A stretch of 50,406 nt of DNA from an uncultured Candidatus Peribacteria bacterium (GCA_964630285.1 CAZVRL010000002.1:1-50406); one strand, 5' to 3'. Counted from the first letter of the stretch, positions 19,184-30,993 are shown. A program made the numbers and translations. Notes: generated by a model from the letters alone, not told the origin.

Positions 19184-21169
19184 ATGATAATCTGGTTCTA
19201 TATGAAGTACAAATATTTTTCGATTCTTTTCCTTGCGCTTTCCGCTTGTTTAGGTCATATCACATTTTCAGACGTAGAAACCACCACAGGAGATAAAACT
19301 CAATCATGGTGGATGAAAAACATGCCAGAGGCCTCAATCATCACTGATATAAATGCCGTGCAGCAAGATCTCTATGAGCTCGCCTATTCAGAAAAAAGAT
19401 TTGCCGATATGGAAGAAACATTCCTCGAATCAAAGACTCTTCTCTCACAGACGCGTCAAGATCTCGAAGAATATGTAGCTCGCATAGAGCAAATGCAGAT
19501 GGATGTGGAGAACAACATATCTACAAGCAACGATCAAAAGAAAGAGCTCGAAGAAGAGATAGCACTACTCGACAGAGAAATACAGCAGATAAAAAAACGA
19601 CAAGAGGAAACAAAATCCTATATTAGAAAAATGTTGGTCGACGAATATAAGATGCAAATGGAAGAAACAGCAAATATATCATTTTATGGAGTTATTTTTG
19701 AAAAAACATTTGGAACACAAATGTCACAAAAAGACACGCTTAATTCTCTCCAGGACAGTGCTTCTCAGCTACTCGAAAGGCAGAAATCAATAGAAGAACA
19801 ACTAGGGAAACTCAGTGCTTCAAAAAACCAGAAAATACAGGCAAAGACACGCATACTCTCACGTCTTGAAAATTATCAAGAAGAGCTCAGAGATACAGAG
19901 GAAATGAAAAAAGAAGTTCTTTCTCAAACAATTGCAGAACAGAGTCTTCAGAGAAAAATAGAAAAAGTCACAATAAAGAAAAAATCCATAGCGACAAAAA
20001 TTGAAACAAAATTTGCTGAATATGAAAAAAACCTCCAGACAAAAATAGCGCAATATAACTGTGATTCACAAAAAAGTGCAGTGTGTATCTGGATTCGTGG
20101 ATATATAAAAGCTGAAAAAGAGCTCATATCAAACGGAACAATCATAGATACTTGGGCATGGCCGGTACAGCCTCAAAAAGGTTTCTGATACCACTTCCGT
20201 GATCAAAAATACTATCATGCAACCAATACTCATCATGAGGGTCTTGATATCCTCGTCGAGGCTGGCATGCCTGTAAAATCAATAGCAAACGGGTACGTAC
20301 TCATGAAGCAGCATCCCGCGAGCAATTTTCCAGGTATCGTCATTGTGAAACATCCTGCAGGCTTTATGTCTATGTATATCTGAGTTGTGCCAACCGATAC
20401 GGCTCTTTTTTCTCCAGTAAAAGCCGGTGATATCATCGCAACATCTCGAGAATATATGGAACATAGTGGAAAAAATAACGTCCATATAGAACTCTACGAA
20501 AACGGAACCCTCACTGATCCGCTAGAAAAAATAGATATGAGTGAGCTCAATGCTGAAATAGTTCCTGCTCGTTATGGTTGGAAATACGTCGATGACAGTA
20601 AAAAAGCAAAAAAGAATATAGATATTCCAGCATTACAAAAAATTATTGGTTTCTTTTATCTCTCAGGAGAATCAGAACCAGAAAGACAGGAAAAACTCCT
20701 CCAAACATATGCAAGTAATGACTTTCAGGAACGTGCGCTATGGGTAGAGGAAAGTATAGCCGAAAGTATCGACCCAACTTTTGTTCTCTGTGTGGGACTC
20801 GCAGAAAGTACTCTCGGTAAAAATCTCACCACAGATGGTAACATAGGAAATGTCTGAAATACTGACAGTGGTGCACGAAGAGACTATTCAGATGCTCGAA
20901 GTGGCGTACGGGCAATCAGCTCTGTCGTCAATAATACATGGCTCGGATGATATACAACCGTTGACCAGCTCTCAGGCTGGGGAAATCCTATCGGCCCCAT
21001 CTATGCCTCATCTCAAACAAACTGGCATGAAAATATCATCAAATGTATGTCGGCCATCAAAGGAAAATACGTAGGGAATAAGACAGGTTTTAGACTCTCT
21101 CGCGCTGCTCTCCTGATGTATGAAAAACAGTGATTCACACGAAATGCAGGAACTGAAAAAGATGTATAA
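19184..21169 (+). CDS. secreted peptidoglycan hydrolase: coiled-coil region, M23/LytM peptidase domain, then a lysozyme/glucosaminidase-like C-terminal domain
   Basis: One frame through 5 TGA (20186, 20381, 20855, about 20948, 21131). The signal peptide MKYKYFSILFLALSAC starts at the second ATG (19202), which is the likelier start. Long E/K/Q coiled coil. M23 motifs HHEGLDI, KHPAGFMSMY and NVHIELY. C-terminal GLAESTLGKN..GNIGNV-G*-NTDSG. Ends TAA 21167-21169. Confidence 0.7.
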
Positions 21170-21237
21170 GAAATAAATATACATCGAGAGCAATAGACGA
21201 CCTCTTCCCTCTCTCAAAAAGACATTAGAGTAGAGGC

Positions 21238-22464
21238 ATGGAACATAAAGACATAGACTATCCTCTTCTTTTTCTGGTACTCTTTCTCGTGCTCTTCTGA
21301 TCTGTCATGATTAGTTCAGTGAGTGTCTACGATTCATACAGGATCACAAAACGACTGGTCGAGACTGGAAGCATCGCAGAGCCAAACAATTGGCGTTTTA
21401 TCCTCAGAAATATTCTCCAAGCAGGAATAGGACTTTTTGCTATGGTAGCAGCCATAAAAATGCCCTATCTCTGGTGGAAAAAGAACGTCAAAGTCATCAG
21501 CGTCATAGTTATAGCTCTCCTACTATTGGTGTTAATTTTCTGAATCAAAATCAATGGGGCTCGATGATGGTTTGATATACCATGAATACCGTTTTCTCTC
21601 CAGCCAACAGAATTTCTCAAGCTATCAATCATACTCTCCGCAGCAGCATTTTGTACCAAATATAAAAACTTTCTCTGAAGCACGACCGAAGGATTCATAC
21701 CATTTCTGGGGATTATAGGACTCCCTTGTTTTCTCGTTCTCTTGCAGCCAGACCTCTGAGCATTGCTCATCATAGTACCCATAGCACTGAGTATATATTT
21801 TATAGCAGGCGGAAATATTCGTGTCATACTCATACTCTGAGCTGTCGCCCTTGTATGAGCATCACTCCTCTACGCACTCGGAAAATATGATAACCCTGCA
21901 GATAGGGGTCAATTTTCCTATATTTATGACCGCGTAAATACATTTTTTCAGTCTAACAGAACAGCTATAGAGGATAACACTATGCACCACCAGAATAAAC
22001 AGGCATTGATAGCCATAGGGAGTGGATGATTTTTTGGTCTAGGGTTTTGAGATTCAGTACAAAAATATGGGTATCTCCCCGAGCCACAAGGGGACTTTAT
22101 CTTCTCTGTGATAACAGAAGAACTCTGATTCGTAGGAGCCTTTATCATTATCAGTATCTACCTGGCAATTATCTATCGTGGATTTATCATAGCATCATTT
22201 TGTGAAGAAAATTTCGGAAAATTTGTTGCTTTTGGTATTACCGTTTGGATATTTTGGCAGATGATTGTAAATATTAGCGTAAACCTCAGCATATTCCCAA
22301 ACACAGGGCTTACCCTGCCATTTGTGAGTTACGGAGGCTCTTCCCTACTCATGATGCTTCTGGCCGCAGGGATACTTTTATCAATCTCCCGAACGGTACC
22401 TGCAGACAAAAAAAATATACGTAGCATGATACAGCACTACCTCTTACGAAAGCCCCGCAGATAA
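21238..22464 (+). CDS. ftsW: SEDS-family peptidoglycan glycosyltransferase (FtsW/RodA)
   Basis: One frame with 11 TGA. Diagnostic block [43 protein letters not shown], then LPFVSYGGSS. About 10 TM segments. Ends TAA. Confidence 0.85.
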
Positions 22465-22501
22465 TAAGATGATATAATCATTTTTTGTCTAGAGGGAAAA
22501 T

Positions 22502-22530
22502 TTGCATCAAATGGCTCTTTAGTCTATACT
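22502..22530 (+). promoter_or_regulatory. candidate sigma-70-type promoter upstream of the pilin gene
   Basis: TTGCAT (22502-22507), then a 17-nt spacer, then TATACT (22525-22530), 31 nt upstream of ATG 22561. Confidence 0.45.
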
Positions 22531-22560
22531 GAGAATGTATTTAATTACTAATCGCATCCT

Positions 22561-22929
22561 ATGAATGCACTCAAACGGTATATGTATGTCGGTATCGGTA
22601 CTCTTGCCACTGCTCGCATGACACTTGCTGAAATAGAACCAGGTCTTGATCGTATCGATGACGGCCTCAAAGGTCCAAATACAGGCGATCCAATTGCTAC
22701 TATTCAGACATTTGTAAAAGGACTCTTGACACTCCTCGGTCTCGTTATGGTCGCTATGGCTCTCTGGGGCGGATGGAAAATCCTCACTTCTGGTGCTGAA
22801 GACGAAGGGAAAGAAGCAGGAAAGAAAATCATCATCAATGCCATTATCGGTATCGTTGTTATCTTCTTTGCTTGGACTATCACCAACCTCGTATTCAATA
22901 TCCTCAGCGGAGACACTATTTCAAACTAG
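22561..22929 (+). CDS. TrbC/VirB2-like type IV secretion pilin (CPR-type T4SS pilin), tentative
   Basis: 122 aa with no TGA. Leader with hydrophobic core, then two long hydrophobic helices (LLTLLGLVMVAMALWGGWKIL; AIIGIVVIFFAWTITNLVF) flanking a charged loop EDEGKEAGKK. That is the typical VirB2/TrbC pilin architecture. Confidence 0.5.
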   Translation: MNALKRYMYVGIGTLATARMTLAEIEPGLDRIDDGLKGPNTGDPIATIQTFVKGLLTLLGLVMVAMALWGGWKILTSGAEDEGKEAGKKIIINAIIGIVVIFFAWTITNLVFNILSGDTISN

Positions 22930-22942
22930 TTTTACTCTTCCT

Positions 22943-22972
22943 AAAAACCTCCATGAAAATGGAGGTTTTTTT
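22943..22972 (+). terminator. intrinsic terminator after the pilin gene
   Basis: CCTCCA-TGAAAA-TGGAGG (22948-22965) followed by TTTTTTT. Confidence 0.75.
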
Positions 22973-23048
22973 GATGTGGAAGAAGAAAGGCTATGTATTT
23001 AAATATTTGACATATACATATTTTTATTATTATATGTAATATAAGATT

Positions 23049-24593
23049 GTGAATAAGCAAATATCCAACATACACCGTTTTTTCACTCTTCTCTTCACAG
23101 ATAAGGATCTCTGAGGTGAATTGTCTCATGAAGAAGGGAAAGACATACTTGAGAATACACCAATTGTAACAAAAGAAGTGCCCGTTTCTATACAGCCAGA
23201 AGATATATGACCAAAGGCAGAAATAGTAAAAACTCTCGTCATAGAAGAGAAAAAAATAGTAAACGAAGTGATTCCCGAGTCTGTTAAGTCTGTAAAAAAA
23301 GCACCAAAAGAAATCGAGCAGACTTCATGAGACGCGCTAATACTCGGGCTCACCCCCAATCAAGACGAAGTAGTTTCTGTCAATACAGAAGCACTGAAAC
23401 GCCATATGCTCGTTGTCGGAATGACTGGGAGCGGTAAAACAACAATGCTTGAGAGAATGATACTCCAGGATATAGATGCAGGACGAGGCGTAGGACTCAT
23501 AGACCCTCATGGAGATCTCTACGACAAAATCATTCACCAGATACCGAAATCACGTAGCAATGACGTAGTTTTATTTGATCTCACCGATGTAGAATACCCT
23601 ATTGGATTCAATATTCTCGAAAATACACACCACCAATTCCCTTCCCTGATAGCCAGCTCTATCGTTGGTGTGTTTAAGAAGATATTTGGGTACAGCTGGG
23701 GGCCACGACTCGAATATGTACTCAGAAACGCCACTTTGACACTTCTTGAGCGAGATGGCAGCACTCTTCTCGACCTCACCCTCCTCCTCTCAGATGAAGA
23801 ATTTCGTCGCAACTATATAGCAAAGGTCACTAATCCATTTCTCCGACGTTTTTGGGCTGATGAATTCAATACTCTCAGTAATACAAAACAAACAGAAGTT
23901 GTGAGTCCTATTTTGAATAAAGTAGGCCAATTTCTCTCTGTTCCTCTTATCAGAAACATCGTGAGCCAACCACAATCAGGTTTTTCTCCACGATGGATCA
24001 TGGATAATAAGAAGATTTTTCTCGCAAATCTCTCAAAAGGAAAAATCGGAGAAGATGTGAGTGAGATGCTCGGATCTCTCTTGGTCAGCAAATTCCAACT
24101 CGATGTCATGAGTCGAGCATCCATCTCGCCAGAACAACGAGAACCTTTTCGTCTCTATGTCGATGAATTTCAAAACTTCGCAACGGATAGTTTTTCAGAT
24201 ATCTTTTCTGAAGCTCGTAAATATGGACTCGGGCTTGTCATAGCGCACCAATACATCAATCAGGTTTCGACACAACTCATGGACGCTATTATGGGGAATG
24301 TGGGTAATATGGCAGTATTTCATATCGGATCTACGGATGCCAAGATGCTTGCACCAAATATCGATACCAACCTCCTACCTCAAAGTCTCGTAGAACAACC
24401 TCTCTATAATTTCACTCTCAAGACAACAGAAAACGGAAAGAAAAAAGTAACTCACGGAGAGCTACTTCATCCTAGCCTCCTTGGTGAGAGAAGTGGTATC
24501 CAAAATCCAGAGAAACTCCAAACACTCGTTCGTGAAAAGTTTGCGAAAGAAAGAAGTTTCGTGGAACAGAAACTCAATACAAAAATGAGTTAA
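23049..24593 (+). CDS. VirD4/TraG/TrwB-like P-loop ATPase (type IV coupling-protein-like), no obvious TM anchor
   Basis: Track ORF 23406..24593 has Walker A VVGMTGSGKT, Walker B FRLYVDEFQNF and GLGLVIAHQYINQ. The frame is open upstream to 23040 through 3 TGA, with no ATG. The ALILGLTP...EALKRH context before the P-loop argues for an upstream non-ATG start (GTG 23049 or TTG 23121). The start is uncertain. Confidence 0.6.
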
Positions 24594-27500
24594 TTACTGC
24601 ACATTTATCGTGTGAACTTGAGTAGTGACATTTTTTTGAAAGTCTGTCACCTGAATCGTGACAATATGTTTTCCTGTTGCTAAATCTCCTGGGGTTTTCA
24701 ATGTGAAATTATATTTCTTCACCCCCTGAAGAGTTCCGTAGATAACATCGTTCACAAATATCTGGATTTTTGAAACATCGCTTTCATCACTGATAGTACC
24801 CGATAGGGTTACCTGTTGACCAGATTTGATATTCATGATTGTCGGATTATCTGTCTTGATTGTAGGATTTACAGCATCCTTATCGAGAATTTTTATTTGA
24901 TAGTTTCGTGAGGTACTGTATCCAAAAGTATCCACAACTCGGAGAGTAATGATTTGATCTACCCCATCAGCAAGACTGACACTAAATTCAGCTTTTGCCT
25001 TCCCCTGTGTTTGATTATTGAGATTGATGGTACGGTATGCTTTGTCATTGATGAGAATCTGAGCTTCTTTCATAGGATTCGTTGACTGGTAATCAATCTC
25101 TACTGGATAAATACCAGAGAAGAGTTGCATATTATCAGTCAGTGTAGAAGTGAATTGTGGCACGCTTTCAGCTGGACGTTCACAGATGTTTTCTGGCTTC
25201 GCGACAACCATCATCATATCTTCTGTGAGACCCAATTTTTCTATGAGATAAAGTCGCCCCTTCTCACTTCCGAGCCATGCATCGACTGGTTCTCGCCAGC
25301 TCGGGTAACTATCTTCAATAGGGAATGCCTTGTCGAGGATGACAGCATCTTTGATAGCCTCTTTTGGAGTTGTGTCACTGACACGTCCTCCACACAGAGC
25401 ATCTACTTGTATTTTTTCAGGAGAGAATCATCTGAGGACTTCAGGTTTTTTACCGTTGATGTAGAGAAATTGCCCACTTCCTACAACGTCATTTGGCCGA
25501 ACAAAATCCTGTTTTGGGAGAGTCTCATGAGCGAAATCCATGAATTTTTTCCAGATAAGCGCACTCGATTCCATACCACTCGCACGACCACTGGCTGGCT
25601 TACCGTCAGTGTTACCTGTCCAGACAGCAGTAGTATATTGAGGAGTGTAACCGATAGTCCAGAGATCACGAGGGAGAGTATTTTCACCAACTTTTTTACT
25701 TGAAGTACCAGTTTTGACAGCAGCCTTACGTCCACCAGCAAGGGCGAGGAAATAATTCCATCCACTTGGTCTCGCATCATTATCAGAGAGAATGTGGGTA
25801 ATCATGTATGCTGCAGCGGGGAGAATAACTTGTTTAGGTGTTGCAGGTTCTATTTTTATCTCGTTCCCTTGAGGATCAAAAATCTTTAAAATAGGATTTG
25901 GGGGGAGGAGTTGACCATTGTTAGCAAAAGCAGCATATGCAGACGCAAAATCGATACCACGAACTTCCGCTGACCCGAGCGCAATAGGAGGCCCGTAGAG
26001 ATTATTTCTTTCTCGCTTATCAATCGTTGAGAGTCCCATACCTTGGAGGTATTCAACAAGGTTATGTTCTTGTTGAACTCCATCATCTCCAGATCCCTGA
26101 AGAGCCATATAATACATCTTGATAGCTGGAATATTACGTGAAGCATCGAGAGCAGTACGGATAGTCATCGGTCAGAGGAATTCCCCATCAAAGTTTTTTG
26201 GTTTATAGGTGCCAAAATTCATCTCCACATCAAATATAGGAGTATCTGTACTGAGTGCATTTTTTTCAAATGCACGAGCATAGATAAGTGGTTTCATGCT
26301 TGACCCCGGTTGTTTCAGAGATGTCATAATATTTACTTCACCATCGATATCTTTGTTAAAATAATCCTGTGATCCTACCATCGCTACAACATCACGGTTA
26401 ACTGTATCGAGAGCGACCATAGAACCGTTGTTGATACCGTAACTCTTAAATGTTGTTTGTGCATAGGAATCAATCAGCTCTTCTGCCTTATCTTGAAGTT
26501 TTGGATCAATAGTAGTGTAGATCTTCCAACCTCCTTGTTGAAAGAAATCTTCCCCGTAGAGACTCACGAGATAATCCTTCACATAAAATACAAAATGAGG
26601 ATATTTGATAGATTCTTTTGGATCTTGGAACTTATAATCCAGACCTTGAATAAGTGCTTCTCTATATTCAGCATCGTTGATATATCCATCTTCATACATG
26701 CGCATAAGCACACGATCTTTTCGCCCCGCTTCATATTCGACAAAGACAGACGACGTATTTCCCTCTTGGGTAACACTTGATGCCAACTGAAGACTATTGA
26801 GAAATTCCATCAGGTCTTTCTTAGCCACTGTGAGACAATCAATACCAATCTTTTTTTCAAAAGGATCCTTCCCTTGAAAACTTGATAAACCACATACTCG
26901 AGTGAATCATCGCTCAGTGGTAAATTGTATTTTTGAAAATGCTTGTTTAAAGGCATCAAATGTTTGAGGATTACTCAGCGGATCAACTTTTACAATTGCC
27001 TCTTCTGTACCCTTGGCATCATGATAATATATATGTCCCATGAGGCGATCACGACGGGAATACGGATTATAGCCTGTTGGCGTCTTTGGGAGCGAAGCGA
27101 TAATAGCAGATTCAAGTATAGTGACATCTTTTGATGGCTTCCCGAAGAATCGACGAGAGGCCTGTTCTACACCATATGAATTTGATCCAAAGGATATTTT
27201 ATTGAGGTAGAGTTCCAGGATTTTTTCTTTTGAAAAACGTATATTGAGCTGGAGAGAGAGGATGATTTCTTGGACTTTACGACGGTAGAGGCTCTCATTC
27301 ATGAGGAGAGTATTTTTGATAAGCTGTTGACTAAGAGAAGATCAACCAGAACATCGTCCACCCATAGCACACGTAATAGCAGAGCGGGTAATACCGAAAA
27401 TATCAAAACCAATATTTGTAAAAAATCGCTGATCCTCCATGGCGACGAGAGCATTGACGACATTTGGCGATATCTCTTCATAGGGAACGTATTGGCGATT

Positions 27501-27758
27501 TTCATCACCACCATAAATGGTATAGAGTTGATTCCCCTCCCTGTCATAGATGATACTACTTTCTTTGAACGATGTCTCAATATCAGAGATAGATGGCATC
27601 CCAAAAAGAAAAATGGCGTAAAAAAGAAGGAAACCGACTCATACAACAATACCCGACCAGAGTCGAGTGTGCGGATCCTGCATGATATGCTTGAGACGAT
27701 ACCAACGAGAAGTACCAGCAAGAAGTTGTCTACGAAGATGACTGCGACGAGAATGCAT
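24594..27758 (-). CDS. class A penicillin-binding protein (PBP1A: GT51 glycosyltransferase plus transpeptidase) with C-terminal Ig-like repeats
   Basis: Five track ORFs (27342..27599, 26907..27302, 26172..26828, 25428..26168, 24594..25235) share one frame and are joined by 5 TGA. TM anchor present. GT51 motifs EDQRFF, G-G*-SSLSQQLIKN and RKVQE. Transpeptidase motifs SSMKP (SxxK), a probable SxN (SRN), and KTGTS. The last 210 aa or so are beta-rich Ig-like repeats. Ends TAA 24594-24596. Confidence 0.85.
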
Positions 27759-27760
27759 AA

Positions 27761-29254
27761 TTATTGAAAATAAGTAGAAGCATCACTACCCAACACTAAT
27801 TCATAAGGACTAATCATTTCTGTTTTTTCCACATCAGTTGCAGGGCGTTTTTCCCCCGAAAATCAAAGCGTGAGAGCGCTGAGAACAATATTGTCAGGCT
27901 TTATTATAGAGGAATTAAATCGAATAAAAGTCTTTTCTACCTTTTCTTTCTGGTTTTTTATTTGTGTTTCATCAACAGGAATCCCTATTGATTTGAGCTT
28001 CAATGCCATAGAAAGAGCGAGATTAGTTCTACCAGAAGCATTCACCACGGCAATACCTGGATTTTTTGAAAGAGCAGGATATTGAGTTATAACAGCAACG
28101 AAGAGCCTAATCGTATCATATGTATGAATAACAGTGGGGCTTGCTTTCTTGGGCAAGAGAACTGATAGTCCTCAGAATAATTCTCGTCCTGGACTATATA
28201 TGAGACCCCCTGGATTACAGAGTCTAAGAGCGTCAAAACATGAAACATCGAGCGCATAGCTATGAATATTTTCTTTCTCTATTTTTCAAGCAAGTTTTGC
28301 CATTTTAAATATATCCTTGAGAGACATATTTGTCTGAACGGAATCACTGACAGCGCTATATATACCTTCGAGCTTGCTCGGAGAAGAAAGCACATCCAGG
28401 GATGTCATTTTCTCTTTAAGAGCCTGAATAACGAGTTGTTGGCGGCGAGATCGGTCAAAGTCACTCGTTGTATGACGACTTCGAGAATATTTGAGAGCCT
28501 TGTCGCCATCAAAATGCTGAAGACCGACAGGGATATCAACAATAGTATATCCCCAATTTTTCGTAGGATATTCTGGATCATACAATCGTTCAGGGACTTC
28601 GATGTCGACACCACCTACCGCATCAACAAGTTTACGGAAGCCATTGAAATCTATCATACCGTAGAGACGTATTTCCTTGCCAGTTATCTGACTTACTGTC
28701 TCGAGAAGATGATTCATGGCAGCTTCTTCTCCAAGCGCTTTTTTTGCACCAGGATAGAGTTCGTTGATTTTTACGCGTCAGAGAATTTTTGATTGCACAA
28801 GTAAATCTCGTGGGATAGAAACGGTAACAAAACTATTTTCTGCCTTATTGTAGTGACCGAGAATAATAGAGTCAGTTAAATCAGGTGCATCATTCTCTCT
28901 TCCACCTCGTCCAAGAATCAAAATATTCACATCTCCCGCCTCCTCTTCAGTTTCTTCAGAAGGAGAAGATTGGCTAAAAATACTGAGAATGCTATTTGCA
29001 TCGAATTGAAAAGAAAAAACTCTCGGTAATGCCCATGAGATAGTCAAAAGAACAGAGAATAAGACTAGGGCGAGCAGGACGGTATCACGAATAACATGAT
29101 GTTTTCGTATTTTTTTATAAGAATCTAGGAAGTACCGAACAAACGCAGAAGAGTCCTCGTGATCTTTTTTTGGAGAATCAGCGTGCTTATGTACAGGTGT
29201 TTTTTTATGTGAAGATTGCGAGAGGTTTTGCTCACGTCGGAAACGATTGTCCAT
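27761..29254 (-). CDS. LytR-CpsA-Psr (LCP) family cell-wall polymer ligase with LytR_C-like tail
   Basis: Track ORFs 28778..29254, 28286..28717 and 27863..28156 share one frame through 4 TGA. TM anchor present. Motifs NILILGRGGRENDAPDLTDSIIL, SIPRDL and YSRSRHTTSDFDRSRRQQ. Ends TAA 27761-27763, 2 nt before the PBP1A start. Confidence 0.8.
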
Positions 29255-29257
29255 AGA

Positions 29258-30214
29258 TTATATATTTTTTTTGTTGATATCGTAGAGAAGAGGGGCTGCT
29301 ATACAGATAGATGAGTATGTACCGATAATAGCACCGAGGAGCATCAAAGTCGTAAAACCAAGAAGTGCATTTGGGCCAAAGAAAAGCATCGATACGAGAA
29401 CCATGACGAGCGTCATAGAAGTATAGAGAGATCGTCTCAGGCTCACCTGAATAGAGTCTTCAAATATTTGTTTCATCGGTCTTTTGTCACTTGATTTTTT
29501 ATCTTTATAGCTCGCACGAATACGATCAAGAATAACAATAGTATCATTGATGCTATACCCTAGCGTTGTGAGAATAGCAGTCACAAAAAATGTATCTACC
29601 TTGAGCTCAGGGAAAAATAAACCAAGAATAATAAATATACCCGGAGCTATGATTATGTCGTGGAGGAGGGTAACAAGAGTGATCGCACCGAAAGTAAAGC
29701 TTGAAGTACCTTCGATAGACTGACGGAAAGCATACATGAGATAGAGCGCGATAGCAATCAGACACATCGTGAGGGTCAAATAGGCTCTATCTATGACAAA
29801 TTTACCAAATGACTGACCAACAGAGATAAACGAAGATTCCGCAACAGTGATATCATGTTTCTGGAAAAATTTTGGTAATGCAGCACGGATATCCTCTGTT
29901 CGGTTTTGAGCTTTTTTAACATCTGATTCTGCTATAAGGCCGACATCCATACGGAGTGAGGTATTATCAACAGTGTAGATGAGTAAATCTGAAACAACAG
30001 ATTGTGATTCAAATAAATAATTTTTTAAAATATCCTCTCGTATTTCATCGAGTTTACCCGATTCAACTGGTGCGGAAACGCTATATTCTATTTGTAGGCC
30101 TCCTGTCATATCAATACCGTAGTTTTTTGGAACAAAAAAGAAAACCAAAAAAGAAATCAAAAACCCAATTCCAGAAATAAGATAAAACTTTTTTCTATTA
30201 GCTATGAAACGCAT
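29258..30214 (-). CDS. secF: protein translocase subunit SecF
   Basis: Intact ORF. Start taken at MRFIANRKKFY (the upstream ATG 30271 is also possible). Motifs GIDMTGG and GYSINDTIVILDRIR, with six TM segments. No secD lies adjacent. Confidence 0.8.
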   Translation of the reverse strand: MRFIANRKKFYLISGIGFLISFLVFFFVPKNYGIDMTGGLQIEYSVSAPVESGKLDEIREDILKNYLFESQSVVSDLLIYTVDNTSLRMDVGLIAESDVKKAQNRTEDIRAALPKFFQKHDITVAESSFISVGQSFGKFVIDRAYLTLTMCLIAIALYLMYAFRQSIEGTSSFTFGAITLVTLLHDIIIAPGIFIILGLFFPELKVDTFFVTAILTTLGYSINDTIVILDRIRASYKDKKSSDKRPMKQIFEDSIQVSLRRSLYTSMTLVMVLVSMLFFGPNALLGFTTLMLLGAIIGTYSSICIAAPLLYDINKKNI

Positions 30215-30312
30215 ATAAAAATAATATAAAAATAACTTGGTGCCAGTGTACGTTTTTTCACGAATTCGCAACCCGAGTTTATTGACTCAGTAGCTTTTTT
30301 CTGGTACTCCTG

Positions 30313-30915
30313 TTAGAAGAGGCGCATGACAGTATTTTCTTGCACTTGGATTACATCCATTTGGAGGAGTTTTTGGAGAGCTCTGACAGTTGCTTCTACA
30401 TCATAGATAGCACTATGTGCTCCTTCGAAATATTCACCAAATAGTTTTTTATAGAGTTCGTTGAGTTTTGGGAACTTGAAACCAATGCCACGGCCAGGAA
30501 TAGCACAAAAATCAACAGTAGACTTCATGGTACAGAGTGTCTTTTGTGGATGGTAATCCCCTCTTCGTCCGAGACGTTGAAGCTCATAGTTGATTACAGA
30601 TTCATCGTATTCTATATTGTGCCCTACAACCATATCAGCACGATTGAGATAGGAAAGAAAAGTATCCATTTGTTCTGCTACTGCTTGTTTATCTGCAACA
30701 TCTTTGTCATAAATGCCATGTACCTGACTCGCTCCAAAAGGAATAGAGATAGGAGGTTTTACAAATGCATCGATACGATCGATTTCTTTGAGAGTTTTAT
30801 CGGGTTGTAATTCGAGGAGAATGCCAGAAAATTGAACAATATATGGCTGAACTTCAATAGGCCCTTCTCGCTCCACAAATCCAGTCGTTTCGGTATCAAA
30901 AACAAAGAGTTTCAT
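30313..30915 (-). CDS. DEDDh 3'-5' exonuclease (DnaQ/epsilon-like)
   Basis: MKLFVFDTETTG (ExoI), VVGHNIEYDESV (ExoII) and GAHSAIYDV (ExoIII, H-x4-D). The upstream ATG 30963 is possible but adds a non-conserved leader. Confidence 0.8.
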   Translation of the reverse strand: MKLFVFDTETTGFVEREGPIEVQPYIVQFSGILLELQPDKTLKEIDRIDAFVKPPISIPFGASQVHGIYDKDVADKQAVAEQMDTFLSYLNRADMVVGHNIEYDESVINYELQRLGRRGDYHPQKTLCTMKSTVDFCAIPGRGIGFKFPKLNELYKKLFGEYFEGAHSAIYDVEATVRALQKLLQMDVIQVQENTVMRLF

Positions 30916-30993
30916 ATAAGCGGCATTGTACAAAAAAACTGAGAGACGCAAAAAATTTTGCAATTATAGTGCATACAATATAATCAGCCCCAT

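Noticed and set aside
30215-30271. Longer N-termini for secF (ATG 30271) and the exonuclease (ATG 30963) as given in the track.
   Set aside because: The extra residues (MRIREKTYTGTKLFLYYFY, MQNFLRLSVFLYNAAY) precede the conserved family N-termini (MRFIANRKKF, MKLFVFDTETTG). Internal ATGs were preferred, but the longer forms cannot be excluded.
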